A DNA stretch of 64,000 bases. It comes from Lama glama. Taxonomy: Eukaryota. Both the position numbers and the translations under genes were made by a program. This document shows positions 1-11,830 of this stretch, piece after piece (position 1 is the stretch's first letter; each line of letters starts with the position of its first letter). The notes beneath the pieces were generated by a model that did not search any database, had not been told where the DNA came from, and saw only the letters and a program-made list of their open reading frames with translations. Location: positions 48,300,001 through 48,364,000 of the forward strand of contig CM052818.1 in assembly GCA_028534125.1 (NCBI GenBank), in the 5' to 3' direction.

Positions 1-419
1 GCCCGTGTGCTTTACTCTCGCCCAGGCATTTGTGCGGTCAGGGCCAATCTGCCTTCCTGCTTCACTCTTCTAGCTTCGGGACTAGAATCCAGATTGGCTG
101 GAGTAAGCCTTATGGAAACACAATAGTCACAGGTTGTATCTCCATGTCCTTTTGCTCCTCGAAAGTTCTCTGTGGCTTACAAATTTATACCCAGTGACAC
201 TGAGAGAAATTAAAGACCAAAAATCAGGCGAATGACAAAGGTTACGAGGAAGATGTGAACAAAACCGTGAGTGGGAGGTCACTACGTACAAAGCCACCGT
301 GAGGTTCTGACATTTGCTAGTCATGGCCCCAAACAGGGTTCTGGATTTCCCACCAGCCCACGTGCGAGAGGAAGTGTTATTAAATGTGTGATTCACAATG
401 AGATAAACTCGGGTCAGTT

Positions 420-593
420 GGAGTGGGTACAAAGAAGATTTTCAGGGTTCTGCAAACATTCTGTTTCTTGGTCTGAGTGCTGATTATGCAGGTGTGTGGG
501 TTGTGAAAGTTCACCAATTGTATACCCCTGTTATGTGAAATGTTCTCTATGCATGTGCTACCTCGGTACTTTTTTAAGTCAATAAAAAAGTTT
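420..593 (+). mobile_element. L1M (L1ME/L1MC-like) 3' end fragment
   Basis: Typical old L1 3'UTR end: 'acattctgtttcttggtctgagtgctgattatgcaggtgtg...gtgaaagttcaccaattgtatac...aataaaaaagttt'. Confidence 0.7.
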
Positions 594-1384
594 CAAGTTG
601 AGTAGGAGTTGAACAAAATAAAAAGCAAAGGGGATAGTTGGTCAAGTGATTTACTGAGAAATTAGGAGGAGGCAGAGCATCAGTTGTTTCAGTTACTTTT
701 TTCCAAAAAATTATCTCGAGGAGAACACCTTCCAATGTGTTGAATGATACACATGGTGTGAACCTGTCTTCGTCTGCTTAAAATAAATCCACCCATGGTG
801 CTCATAGGAAGGTTTCTTTAAGTTCCTCAACGGAAACCAGTGGCTTCAAGACAAAGTCTTACTTGTTAACAACTCTAACAAAGTAATTCCAAAATGCTGT
901 TTTGTGGTCCACGGGTGTCCAGGGTGTGTTGCTCCACGTCTCCAGGAGGAACCAGTTCCTCGTCTCACGGCTAATCTCTTGCCAGACCACAGCTCTGTCC
1001 TCACAGCGGAGAGCCTGTGCCTCCTAACTCTCCCCCTAGAGCCGCCAGATGCTGCAAGACCCATCCCTGCCCACCCTGCTAACATCTTCTCTCGGTACTG
1101 TCCCCTCCGTCACCAGCTGTGGTCATGTTGAGAAAACACTTGGCTCAAACCATCTCTTCTTTGCTGTCTTTGCACCTGCTCGTGCCTCTGTCTGCAGTAC
1201 AGTCACCCCTTGCTATCATGGGTGATTGGTTCCAGGACCGTCTTGGATACCAAAGTCCACAGATGCTCCAGTTCCTTCTATAAAGTGGCCAGGTACAGTG
1301 AGCGCCCCCACCCCATACCCACAGGTCCTGCATCTGCAGTCGGTGGGACCCTCCGGGTACACAGACTGTTCTCTCTTTCAGATC

Positions 1385-1700
1385 TTACTGGTAAGCTTCC
1401 TTCTAAAGATTCAGATCTCAACACAGAGACCGTCTTTCCAAAACCCTTCCAGGTAATGCCCACTTCTTCACTCTCCCACTCTATCTCCATTCCTTTCACT
1501 TTTCTTCACAGCTTTGATTAATATTTGAAATCATTACATTCCTTTCCCTGTTTAATGTTTCTTTTCCAATGAGAATATATATTTCTTAAAGATAGTAATG
1601 TAGCTTGTTTTTTTACTGCTGGGTCTCAGAATTCTGGATTGGTGCTTTACATATGACACACACAAAATAAAGATTTGTTGCAAAAATACTTGAATGAATA
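1385..1700 (+). mobile_element. L2 LINE 3' fragment
   Basis: L2-like 'ccttctaaagattcagatctcaac...aaacccttcc' and terminal 'aaagatttgttgc...ttgaatgaataa'. Confidence 0.6.
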
Positions 1701-4249
1701 AGAAAGGAGGACAGTGTGTAAATTAAGGGATCGAATGCATACCTTTGCTGTAATAGTATTACTCTCCAGTAAGCTTTTGGCAAACGGGAAATAGATAATT
1801 GAATTCAAGATAATTCTGGTCAATTGCAGCTGGTCTTAGTAGCTGGTACATACAATGTCCTACATTTCTTTAGTGCACTGGCTACTGATTCTTCAGTATC
1901 ATCCTCAAACCACTCTTAAATAAATAAAACCTTGCTACAAGTAACCCTGGAGTATTTCTAGAGTCTCCTAGTAAAACCTGCTTGACCAGAAATCCTCCGT
2001 GTTTGTGCGTTAGTCCCCTCGGTTTCTGTTTTAGTTGGGTTTAAGCTGAACCCAGGCTTATGTTTTTCTGCCCTAGCATCTCAGGCATCCACAAGACATC
2101 TCAAGGCATTTCATTCTTAGCCACGTCAAAGAAGGACTGCTTATCTTTTCTGTGTCTTTCCACCTCCACCCCAGAGCTTTTCCCCAGTAAATTTAGTAAA
2201 TTTCCTAGTGCTCACGTGTTACTTAAGATCACTCCAGATACAGCCTCCAAATCTGGAGGTGACCCCTCCAGTTGTTTTTCTTTTAAGGTGTGGTCACAAG
2301 ACAGAGCCATAAACCGAATTGTTTTCAAAGCTATTGGATCCCTACTGCCCTGGGAGGTAGAACACTAAATCCAAAGGAAACACATCCGACTTTGTGGAAT
2401 CCTGTTCAGACGTTTGGAGACAGAGAGACTCAATCACAGTGCTCTTGGGTGCAAGTAACTGAAGCCTTGACTCACCTGCTGCTGAAGAAAACAAAGACTT
2501 TTATTATTTCAGCTGAAGCAGGGTGGCCTCAGGGTGGAATACTTCCCGAGGCCTCGGGCATCTGCCTCTCTGCTCACCCCTTCGCAGGTGAGCTCTCTTC
2601 TTGGTGTCAGGATGGAGGCTGCGGTGCTGGACCATGTATTCAGGCAGGTCCGCATCCAGCAACAGAAGGGACCACTGCTTGCTGCATGCCCTTGTTTCGT
2701 TTTGTTTTAACTAAGGGGAAACCGTTGGTTTTTCAGTTGGCCTGCCCTCACATCTTACCAGTGAGAACTACATTACAGAACCACTGACATAAACCAAGCG
2801 CTGGCCGGAAGGATGGAATTATTATGACTGGTTTACACAAGTGGGGATTTACCTTTGATTCAGGCCGAGGGTCATTTCTTTTTTTTCCTAAAAGGTGGTT
2901 ATATACCCTTAAAAGATTCCTTAGGGGTCTGTTAATAGAAAACAAATCAATAATGGATGTTGCGCAGAAAATCGACAAGGGTTAACATGGAAGGTGGGCG
3001 AGACAGAAGGAGCGGGGACGGGGGGAACTTGCCAATGCCCACAGGCCCCTCGGCGGAGGGCAGCCACGTGGGTGGAGGCGGGGGCAGGTGTCTCCGGGGG
3101 AAGGAGTGCAGGCTGCACTGAGAGCGGGCAGGTTGAGCCCTGAGTTGGTTGCAAAGACAGGGACTCAGGTGGAGACAGCAGCCTCATTATCAGCCATGGG
3201 GGGACACCAACGCGGGCCTGCCAGCCTTCCAGACCCCTCACCATCTGGTCTGGCTTGCGGTTCAGCAGACATGCCCGGCTCACTTTGTGCCTTCAACTTC
3301 TGCGCATTCACACTTGTTCTGTCTGCAGTGAGGACCCGGCCCCTCGGCTTCTTCTCTGTGTCCCGGGTCCTATTAAAGGCCTCCGCCTGGAGCCTTGGAC
3401 GACTTCTCTAGTGCCCTCACTAGCCCTGATCCTTCAAAACAGGACACATATTGCTTTATCTCTGGAAAACTTTCTCATGGCTGGGATTATAGTAGACACG
3501 CATTAAATTCTTGCTGAATGAAGCCCCAGCCTATCTCCTAAAACCCTTTAACCCAAGAGCACACTTAGCCCCAGGACCGGAGTGCTGCCACATTTGGATC
3601 CAGGGACTAAAAGATTCTGCTTGGTAAGGAAAGTCTGCTACAAAAAATCTGAGAAGTAAAAGGGCCAGATTCTCATGGATGCATAAGATGTATTTTTACT
3701 TATTTTTATTTTTTCACAGCACATCAAAGCACTTAACTTACAGCTTTGGGAACCCAATTTGGTTGAGACTCTAAACTTTAGAGTCACTGCATCTTGTATC
3801 AGTACGTGAAAGAATTTGCTTTTAACATTCAACTTTGCTTGGTTCATCAATGGAATTGCCTTTCTGTTACTTTATTGCTTGAATGCAGTTGAAAATAATA
3901 CACTAGCCATTTAAGGAAGATCGAGCAGAGGGGTTATTTTAGCCTGAATGCGTAAGTGACTAGCTATTTAAAATAAACATCCATTAAATAATAGAAATCT
4001 GTGTACGAATCTTATCAAAATGTTTTAAGGCAACCACAGTCAAAGAGTTGATGGCTGTGACTCTTGAGAAGAGAAATCGTAGCTACCCAGAGAAAGGACT
4101 GTCTGTCTGAGAGGGGTTGTTACAATCTGATGATGCTCAAATGGCGCTGATAACTGGTTTGTAAAGTTTTAAGTCATGATTTAAAAAAAAAAAAAGGAGC
4201 TCAAGATTACAAAAATAAAAATCAGTTGCCATATTTTTGGACATTTTGT

Positions 4250-4356
4250 AGCTGTGTGACCTCTCCGAGCTTCTGGGTCCAACTTCAGATTGGAATTAAT
4301 AACACAGATCCTGCCTCACACTGAACGTGGGATGTTTGTGAAGTGCTTTCTGCAAA
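4250..4356 (+). mobile_element. MIR SINE fragment
   Basis: 'agctgtgtgacct...aataacacagatcctgcctcaca...tgtgaagtgcttt' resembles the MIR core and 3' part. Confidence 0.5.
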
Positions 4357-5524
4357 CGAAAGTGGTGTTTCTGTTATCATCTTGGTGGTGTCGCCATGAG
4401 AGAGGACTTGGGACAAATCTGGTAATGCCCTGAGCACAGGGCTCAGCTGAGGGCCGCCCAGCCACTTCCAAAACAACTCTCGGGACTGGGAAGACCGCCC
4501 TGGGCTCCTCCGTCAGAGGGTCCAGGACGCGGGAGGAGGCGGGGCCTTGTTACCATTCCTGTCGGTGCACTTCCATCCGGTTTTACCTTTTACAAAAGAT
4601 ACACGGGGCCTCCATCGTTTGTGAAACAGACAAGACGCTTGAATACTGAGCCCGTTATCCGCGCAGAGCGCCTGAAAACACGAGCTGTGATGTCACCGCT
4701 TACGTTTCAGTTGGTCGCCGCCGCTCACACCCGGACAGCCAGGTTCCAAGAGACTGGAGAGTTGGGCAAGAAGCCATTAGATCAGATACAGCATTTCCCC
4801 GGGGCGAGGGTTTGGTCTGCAACAGCTGTTAACGAGCTTCCCCTCTGCCTCGGTCCTAGCCCTGTGCGCGCCCGCGCGGGCAGCTGGGCCCCGTCCCCCT
4901 CATCGTGATGTCCTCGCTCATGTCTTTGTGCGTTTGCGCAGGCTCTTCTCCCTGCCGAGAACGTCCTCCCTTGTCTTTTCCACCCTGACAGTGTACGTTT
5001 TCCCTCAAGATAAGCACATTTGAGTCCTTTTAAAGAGTTCCAAATACAGATAGAGGCTGGCTCCTCTACGCTCTTGGAGTAGCTTTGAATGACCTCGCTT
5101 ATGCTGTTTGGTGCACCTGTAGACGTTCTTCTTGAACATAAGATGGGCTGGAGTCTTATTTTGTCCCACGGCGAGAGATGCAGCCCTGAATCGTTGCAGA
5201 AGACATAAGTGCACGACTGTGTGTAATGCCCACGTTCTTACAAGAAGGGCATCAGAATGGAAGACCTGAGAGGCTCTGCGGCTGGAGAGGGGCTTGGCAC
5301 TGGGCCACCTGGAGAGCGGCTCCACGCTGAGGAAGACCCCAGCACCCTCCATCAGCCGCTCTTCATGACACAAGAGCAAGTGGGAAAGGACGAGTCTGGC
5401 TGTGACTGTCACTGTGGTCCTCACTAGCAGTGTCGATGGACCCTGACCTAAGACCTAATAGTTTAATATAAAATGTTTTTTAATTCCCCTTTAAAAAAAT
5501 TCCTATCTCCTTAGAACACAAATC

Positions 5525-5830
5525 ACTAACCTCATGCTGTCCCGTTGCTGTCATCCACCAAATCCCCAGTCATTCCTGCTCATTCCTTAGAACGTGGCTA
5601 CTGTTGACTCTCCATCTCTTCTCCTGGCGCCTTTCCAGGTGACCTGAACAGTAACATAAAGGCTCTGCTTGATTCTCTACAATTTCACATCTTCATCTCC
5701 AGTGACCATTCTTCCATGCCCAGCTCAGTTGCCTGTGTCACGGTCATACCCTGACTTTGCCAAAGAAGTCTTCGGTACCGTGGCTTCCCACCTTCACATT
5801 CTCACTGCCCTGGTCATCATCCTACCCCAC
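5525..5830 (+). mobile_element. L2 LINE ORF2 endonuclease-domain fossil
   Basis: Ordered remnants of APE-endonuclease motifs in shifting frames: VAVIHQIP (5544; cf. VAVIYRPP), GDLN (5638; cf. GDFN), HGHTL (5739; cf. GHTLDL). The pyrimidine-rich context is typical of L2. Confidence 0.65.
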
Positions 5831-6261
5831 ACTCTATCTGGTTTCACTCAGGCCTCTGTCTGGAGCTGGGGACCCACATAAAAGCATGTGGCCCTGACCT
5901 TCGAGGAGTTCGATAGAGACAGGAGTTGGGGGCAAACTCAACACTGCATGGTGCCTGCTCTGGAAGAAGGAAAGAACTCCTCATCGGAGGACACGAGAGC
6001 AGGTTCAGCAAGGATCTGGAGGAGAATGGAAGTCCAGCAGCCCGAGAAGGTGGAGAAGGAGGCGGTCGTCCAGGGCACAGACAGGGGAGTGACCTGCGTG
6101 CACGGTTTCTCCACCTGCTTCCCTGTCCCTGGCACGCCGCACGGGTTGGAGTTCTAGAGTGAGATGCCAGCATGTGAAACTGATGAGTGACTTCACATTT
6201 AAAAAAGCCTTTCTAGTTACATCTTCTTCTGATCATTTGTTTTGCTTTAAATATGTATTGT

Positions 6262-6380
6262 ATGTGTGTGTGTGTGTGTGTATGTAAAATATAGATTATA
6301 TATATTTATAATTAAATTTTATATAGGTATAAGTCATGTACTTATAATACATATACATATGTGTTTATTTTTATATATAA
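6262..6380. repeat. (TG)n microsatellite followed by AT/TA-rich low-complexity tract
   Basis: 'tgtgtgtgtgtgtgtgtg' then 'atatagattatatatatttata...'. Confidence 0.9.
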
Positions 6381-7618
6381 AGCTTTCAGATAGATTATGA
6401 CACTAATCCAATACATCTTTATTTCTTTGAAATCTATTTACACGTAATAGAAATTAGGCACACCATTATTTTCGAGGCCATCTGAGCTTCTAAGCCCTGC
6501 CCCATTGGGAGCCGTCTGAGGATCAGATAACAGCTTTCGCCCCCCTCACACGGCAGGCTCGCCGCCCTGCTTGGCACCAGAGGTTGCCCAAGACCCAAAA
6601 GGAAGCTCACTGGAGTTCGTTAGAGTTTTTTTCTCAAGAAAAAGTTCAAAAATTTCAGGGAGAGGGACAAGATGGATGGTCAGACACTCACCTTTTCATA
6701 GAAAAGCCATCTGGAGAAACTTGGGTCCTCGCTAAGCACTGAAGCCGAAAATGATCTGCAGTTATAAAGCTGGGAACTGACCCCGGCCCTGCTGCCCGGA
6801 GCCGGCAGGCACAAAGAAGCCCTCTTCTGTGACTGATGCGGGGGGTGCACCCTCCTTCTGACCGTTTGGCTCTGTCTCGGTAACCAGAGCCGGCCCAATT
6901 ATGCCCCTTCAAAAAGAACAGATAGCAGGAAGGTCAGGTTCAGGGAGGAGCTATAATTTTAGATGCACTTCCTGTTATGAGTCTGACTTTTGATCTCCTG
7001 TGATCACTCAGACCAGTGCACTGAAGCAAATGGTATGCATGAGTCACTCTCTGGTGGGATCAGTCCTGAGTGTGGTCAGCCGTCTGGCTGGCTTTTTTCC
7101 CTGCTGGCTCCAGGAATTACTTACCCAGTCCACTTTGCCCTCAAGTATGTAACTTGGGCGAAATTTGTCAAGAGTACGTATGAAATTGAAGCAAAATTTA
7201 AGATATAACAGTAACGTTCTGTAACATCTTTCTACTCAGTCAGAGCAAAACTGCACTTAGGTCTTAATTACCTTCAAACTTTTCATTTAGAACATGAGGG
7301 AGGAGGCCTGGACAGAGGAGAACCCTTTTCTAAATTAAATTACTAATTCAAGACGGAACCGAGACGAACACGCAGTCTGTTTGGCTTTCAAAATAAGCTC
7401 TTTGGGTATACGTCCGCTAGATCAGACTCACACAGCGCCATGTCAGCCAGGAGGCACCCAGAGCCACTGGGATGTGCGTCACCAGGAAATGCAGGTGGGG
7501 ACAGACTTTGCGAGGACTTCTGTAACAGAGCTGAAGTCTGTTGGGTGGGACAGGCCAGTGACTTATTTCATAGTTAGATTTCATTTTCCTTTTATGTAAC
7601 ATTAAAGATAATAACTTA

Positions 7619-7775
7619 AGTGGTGGTTCCCAGGCAATGCCATCTCTTTCTGAGTCACCAGAGAATGTTTTAAAACTTCAGATTTCTACGTCCCGTCCTT
7701 GATCTTCCAATAGCAGCTTTGGGGATGAGAGCAGGCATTTCTCTCTTTCGGATCCCACACAGTTAGAATAAGACA
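7619..7775. mobile_element. hAT-Charlie MITE (MER5-like) remnant
   Basis: 'agtggtggttccca...gagtcaccagagaatgttttaaaacttcagatttc...ggggatgagagcaggcattt' resembles MER5A. Confidence 0.5.
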
Positions 7776-9072
7776 CCCCAAGAAGCATGATTCAGCTTGC
7801 CTGTGCTATGATATTAAATCAGCCTTTCTCCAGGTTTGCTCCTGCCAGGAATGTTTCTATAACCAACACCGAGAAGCAGAACGAAGGGTTGGGAACAGTC
7901 CTTTTCTTTGCAAAACTGACCTTGCTTCCTCAAATGTCTGAGGCTTTAAGAAGTCTTTGGTTCACTGGCATTTGTTTAGCTCAGATCCCCAAATGTACAC
8001 AGCAGCCACTAACATCTAAGGGGCTAGACATCTTCAGGATATCCTGTAAAAAACCTAACGTATCAAGACAATCATTTATATTGATACAAATACAGCAACT
8101 AGTTTTAAAAAAGAATATTCTCACCAGCTAAGAACCAGTTTAGAGAACTGTAGTGAGCAGACAGACCAATGTTTTTCATCAACTAAGGACAAATTTTCTC
8201 CTAAGATGATATACCTCTTCCGTATGGTGTTAAGAGCTGAGCGCTTGCAGCCCAGCATGGCTCCCTGAGGTCTGGGCCCCTTTCCTGTAAGTTTGCACCG
8301 CCTTCTGTTTCTGGGCTGAGAGGTGCTCATGCCATTCTTCCAGAGAATTCTTTCTTTTCTCCAATAATCAGAGTTTTACAAATGAGCAGGCTCTCCAGGA
8401 ACACCTGCCTCTTGGAGTCTTGCCTCCTTTCTGCAGTTTATCTCCCAGGTTTTACAAGTTTCCTCTAACTTCGATGAAAAATCAGCTTGAAATAAATACC
8501 CCAAGACGGCCACAAAGCCTTTCTGTGCAGGTTCTGAATTGGAGTCAGGCTCGAGTGCGAAGCATTTGGGGTCAGCACGGAGTGACCCGCCTCCTCTGGT
8601 TTCACTTAAGCTCAAATTTTCTCCATGGAGATAACACACACTTCTGAGATTTGGTTACTGACTTCATGAAGGAGTCTCGTTTGTCCTAATGCAGTTTTTA
8701 ACCTTTGAAAATGGTTTAAACTTAACTTCTCCCCCTTTATTTTTAATAACATGTATTTACCTTAAAAGAAGTCTTTTACAAAGGAAGTTAGCACACTAAA
8801 AATCTGGTAAAAAAGTAGAAGTTCTAAATAATCAGAATCCTAAAGATTTGATCAAAAGACCTGGTATTTAAAAGAAGAAAAAATAGAGGACTGTCATTCT
8901 GCTCTTGTAGTCACATTTGCATTTGTTCAGGGGGCCTGCAGACCCCTTGCCGTTTCTCCGTTAGTGCCCTCAGCCCACATCTCTGTGTGACATCAACCGC
9001 CGGATTTGCCCCCCAAAGCTTTTCATCCATTGCCATTAAAAACTGTAATGGAAAAATCCCCGAATAATTGAG

Positions 9073-9174
9073 CCTCTTTTTCCCTTCCTCCCTCTCCCCC
9101 TTTGTTTCCTTTCTTTCTTTTTTTTTTTCTTGTTTCCTTTCTTCCTCCCTTCCTTTTTTTTTTTTCCTTTTTTT
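9073..9174. repeat. Polypyrimidine (CT/T-rich) low-complexity tract
   Basis: About 100 nt almost entirely C/T on the + strand. Confidence 0.9.
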
Positions 9175-10988
9175 AACGATCCATCAACAAAATCTGACTG
9201 CACGCTCAGTACGGGTCAGATGCAGCCCTGTGGTTAGGGACCCAGAAGGAAAGAGCCCAGCTGGGGCACTGAAAAAGGTGGCCAGTCAGTGTTACTGAGT
9301 CAGAAAACACACCGTCAGTGGCACCACTCTACGTGGTGCGAGGCCGGTGCAGGAGCGAGCCCCCGGGAGACTGCCCGCGGGGCGGGGGGCGCGTGGGAAG
9401 GCCCCACAGCTTCACAGAGAAGCTGGTGGGAGGGTGAGGGCTACCCACAGAGGGTGCAAATGAGGAGCTCTCCCGTGGAACGGCCCAGAGACACCCAGGA
9501 GGCCCAGCGGAACTGAATCCGCCAGTGCGGCCCGAGCACAGTGGGCGTCCGTGCCTGGGGCACACGGGTGCTGGAAGCCAGCCGTCCACCCGCGGCCGGG
9601 GGCTTGGTCGGGGGCTTGGCCCTCTTCTGACAGGCGCCAAGGGGTGATGCATTTTTAACACTGTAACACAGCGCGGATGGCCGTTATACCACAAAAAGTG
9701 AAGTCCAAATGTATAAAGATGTACACCAGACACACATTACTCAGTTGCCATAAACTGTATGCGCAATGCATTATAATGGCCTTAAGTCAGTGCGCAGGCA
9801 CAGGTGCCACCTGTGAGCACAGAGAGACGCATTTGCCCGCAGAAGATGTGTCTCCATGTCTTCAAAATAAATTTAACCACGCTTTACTTGCACTGATTAA
9901 CAGTGATCAGAAAATTAGGGACAGAATCAGTCTAAACAACATTTATTTAAACTCTGTCTTGCTCTTCCCTTTTTACATTTTTTGGTGTGCCTTCAACCCA
10001 AAGAAATCTCTTTGAATGCTTAATGACTTTCTCACAATCTCCTTTTTTCCTGAAGAGAAAGAAAATATTTTCTTTGAAATAATTTCCTTAGAAACTTACG
10101 TGTTTCATGCCCTTAATGTTCCCTCTAGCATGTAAACTCATTTTTTTTGAGGAATTGTTTGTTTGTTTTTGTTTCTAATTAAGTGAATTTTCTGGTTCAG
10201 GGCTTTAGACAATGCCAAAAAAATGTAATTAAAATCACACTGGTCACAAGAGGAGACTTCTGGCAAAAAGTATAATTTTATTCCCTTCCTGAAAGCAGCA
10301 TACTCAGGACCTCGGCCAGCCTGATTTTCCCCTAACTGGCTGAAAGGCCCAGGAGCAGTGGGCTGCTCACCTGCTTGTCTGCCTGCCAACCCTCCAGAAT
10401 TCAGGGGCCTCTTCTCAAATGTTCAAAGACCGACTTCACATCGTCTAAAGCTCATTTTGAATCTGCCCGAGGGAAGCACTTTGAGGTTAATCCCGTGGCC
10501 TAAGTCCAAATGCGAGGCAAATGGAAGGCTTTTCCACAAGTCTCGCCTCGACTCGGAATCTCGAGGTGCTCGGGGGAGCTGCCCTTGCCCCGGGGGTGGG
10601 GCCGCCCGAGCAGGTCGGGGGGTGGTGATGGGCATGTACGGGGAGGGCGGAGATGAACCTTTCTGAGGAGAAGATGGAGAAGGGGCCGGTGGGGCCTGGT
10701 TTCCTTTCACGGGTCCCGTGAGAGAGGATGTCGCAAAGTCTCATTATGTTTATCTTGCTGAGGAACGTGATGATTAAAGCATCACCCTTGGCGAATTGCC
10801 ATCGCAATGCCTCTCAGAGCAGCTGGGAACCTTGCTCAAGTTGCCAGACAAAGCTGAGAGGGGGATATTGCAGGTTTCCCTTGCTGAGAATTTCCAAGAA
10901 CATAAGGAAAGGCGGATTGACCCTCATAAAAATATAGGTGAGGATGTGAGGACAGCTTCCAAAGAAAGCTTCATGATAGTTAGCTCTT

Positions 10989-11141
10989 GAAAAGGAAGGA
11001 CAGTAGGAAAGGAGAGAGGGAGAGAGGAAGGACGGAGAGAAGAAGGGAGAGAGGGAAGGAGGGAGGAAGGAAGGGAGGAGGGAGGGGGAAGAAAGGACGG
11101 AGGAAGGAAGGGAGGAGGGGGTAGGGAGGGAGGGAGGGAAA
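10989..11141. repeat. Polypurine (GGA/GAA/GGGA) tract with canonical G-quadruplex motif at 11117-11138
   Basis: About 150 nt almost entirely A/G; contains GGGGG-TA-GGG-A-GGG-A-GGG-A-GGG. Confidence 0.9.
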
Positions 11142-11539
11142 CAATATTTTAATACTGTTAGAGGTTCTAATGATGCTGATAAATATTGCTGTAGTAGCGT
11201 TGCTTTTTGTCCTTCCGCACCTGAGGGGAGTTGGGCAGACAGGCAATCACAGAGGAAGGAGAACTGGTGAGGGGGCTGATGCATCTATTGCCTTAAGAAT
11301 GTCTCTATCCCTGTCCCGCAGCGCAGTCTTACACAAATGTGGGTCAAGCCTTGATCCCCAGAAGACCGCGTTTGCTCAGAGATGGAATAAAGGCAGTATT
11401 GTCAGACCCGGCCATTCTGCTACTTTTGTTCCTCTTCAGTTTGGTCCTTCACGACACAGCTGCTGGCTGCCTCTCTAGCTTCCTTTCCCACCCCTCTCCT
11501 CACACATCACAGACCCACTAGCTCTTTCCCCGACCAGAT

Positions 11540-11830
11540 GTATTCCGCAGTTGCTTGGTGCACAACGTTCACATGGACTGGATGCTCTACCCCACCCTCT
11601 TTAACTGGCCAAACTTTCACTTACAACTCAAGACTCAGCCTGCGCCCCCTCTTTCAGGAAGTCTTCCAGGTCCGCCTCCTAAGTACTTCATCACACCCTT
11701 TCTACTCTGAGTCACATCATTTATTCCCCAGTCCCAAGAGCACTGTGAGCTACTTAAGGGCAAGGAACGCGTTCCCTGTCTGACCTCCACGGTCCTGGGC
11801 CCTGAGTAGGTACCCCATAACTATCTGTAA
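11540..11830 (+). mobile_element. L2 LINE 3' fragment
   Basis: 'ctcaagactcagcc...tcaggaagtcttcc...cactgtgagctacttaagggcaaggaac...gagtaggtaccccataactatctg' follows the L2 3' consensus order. Confidence 0.7.
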
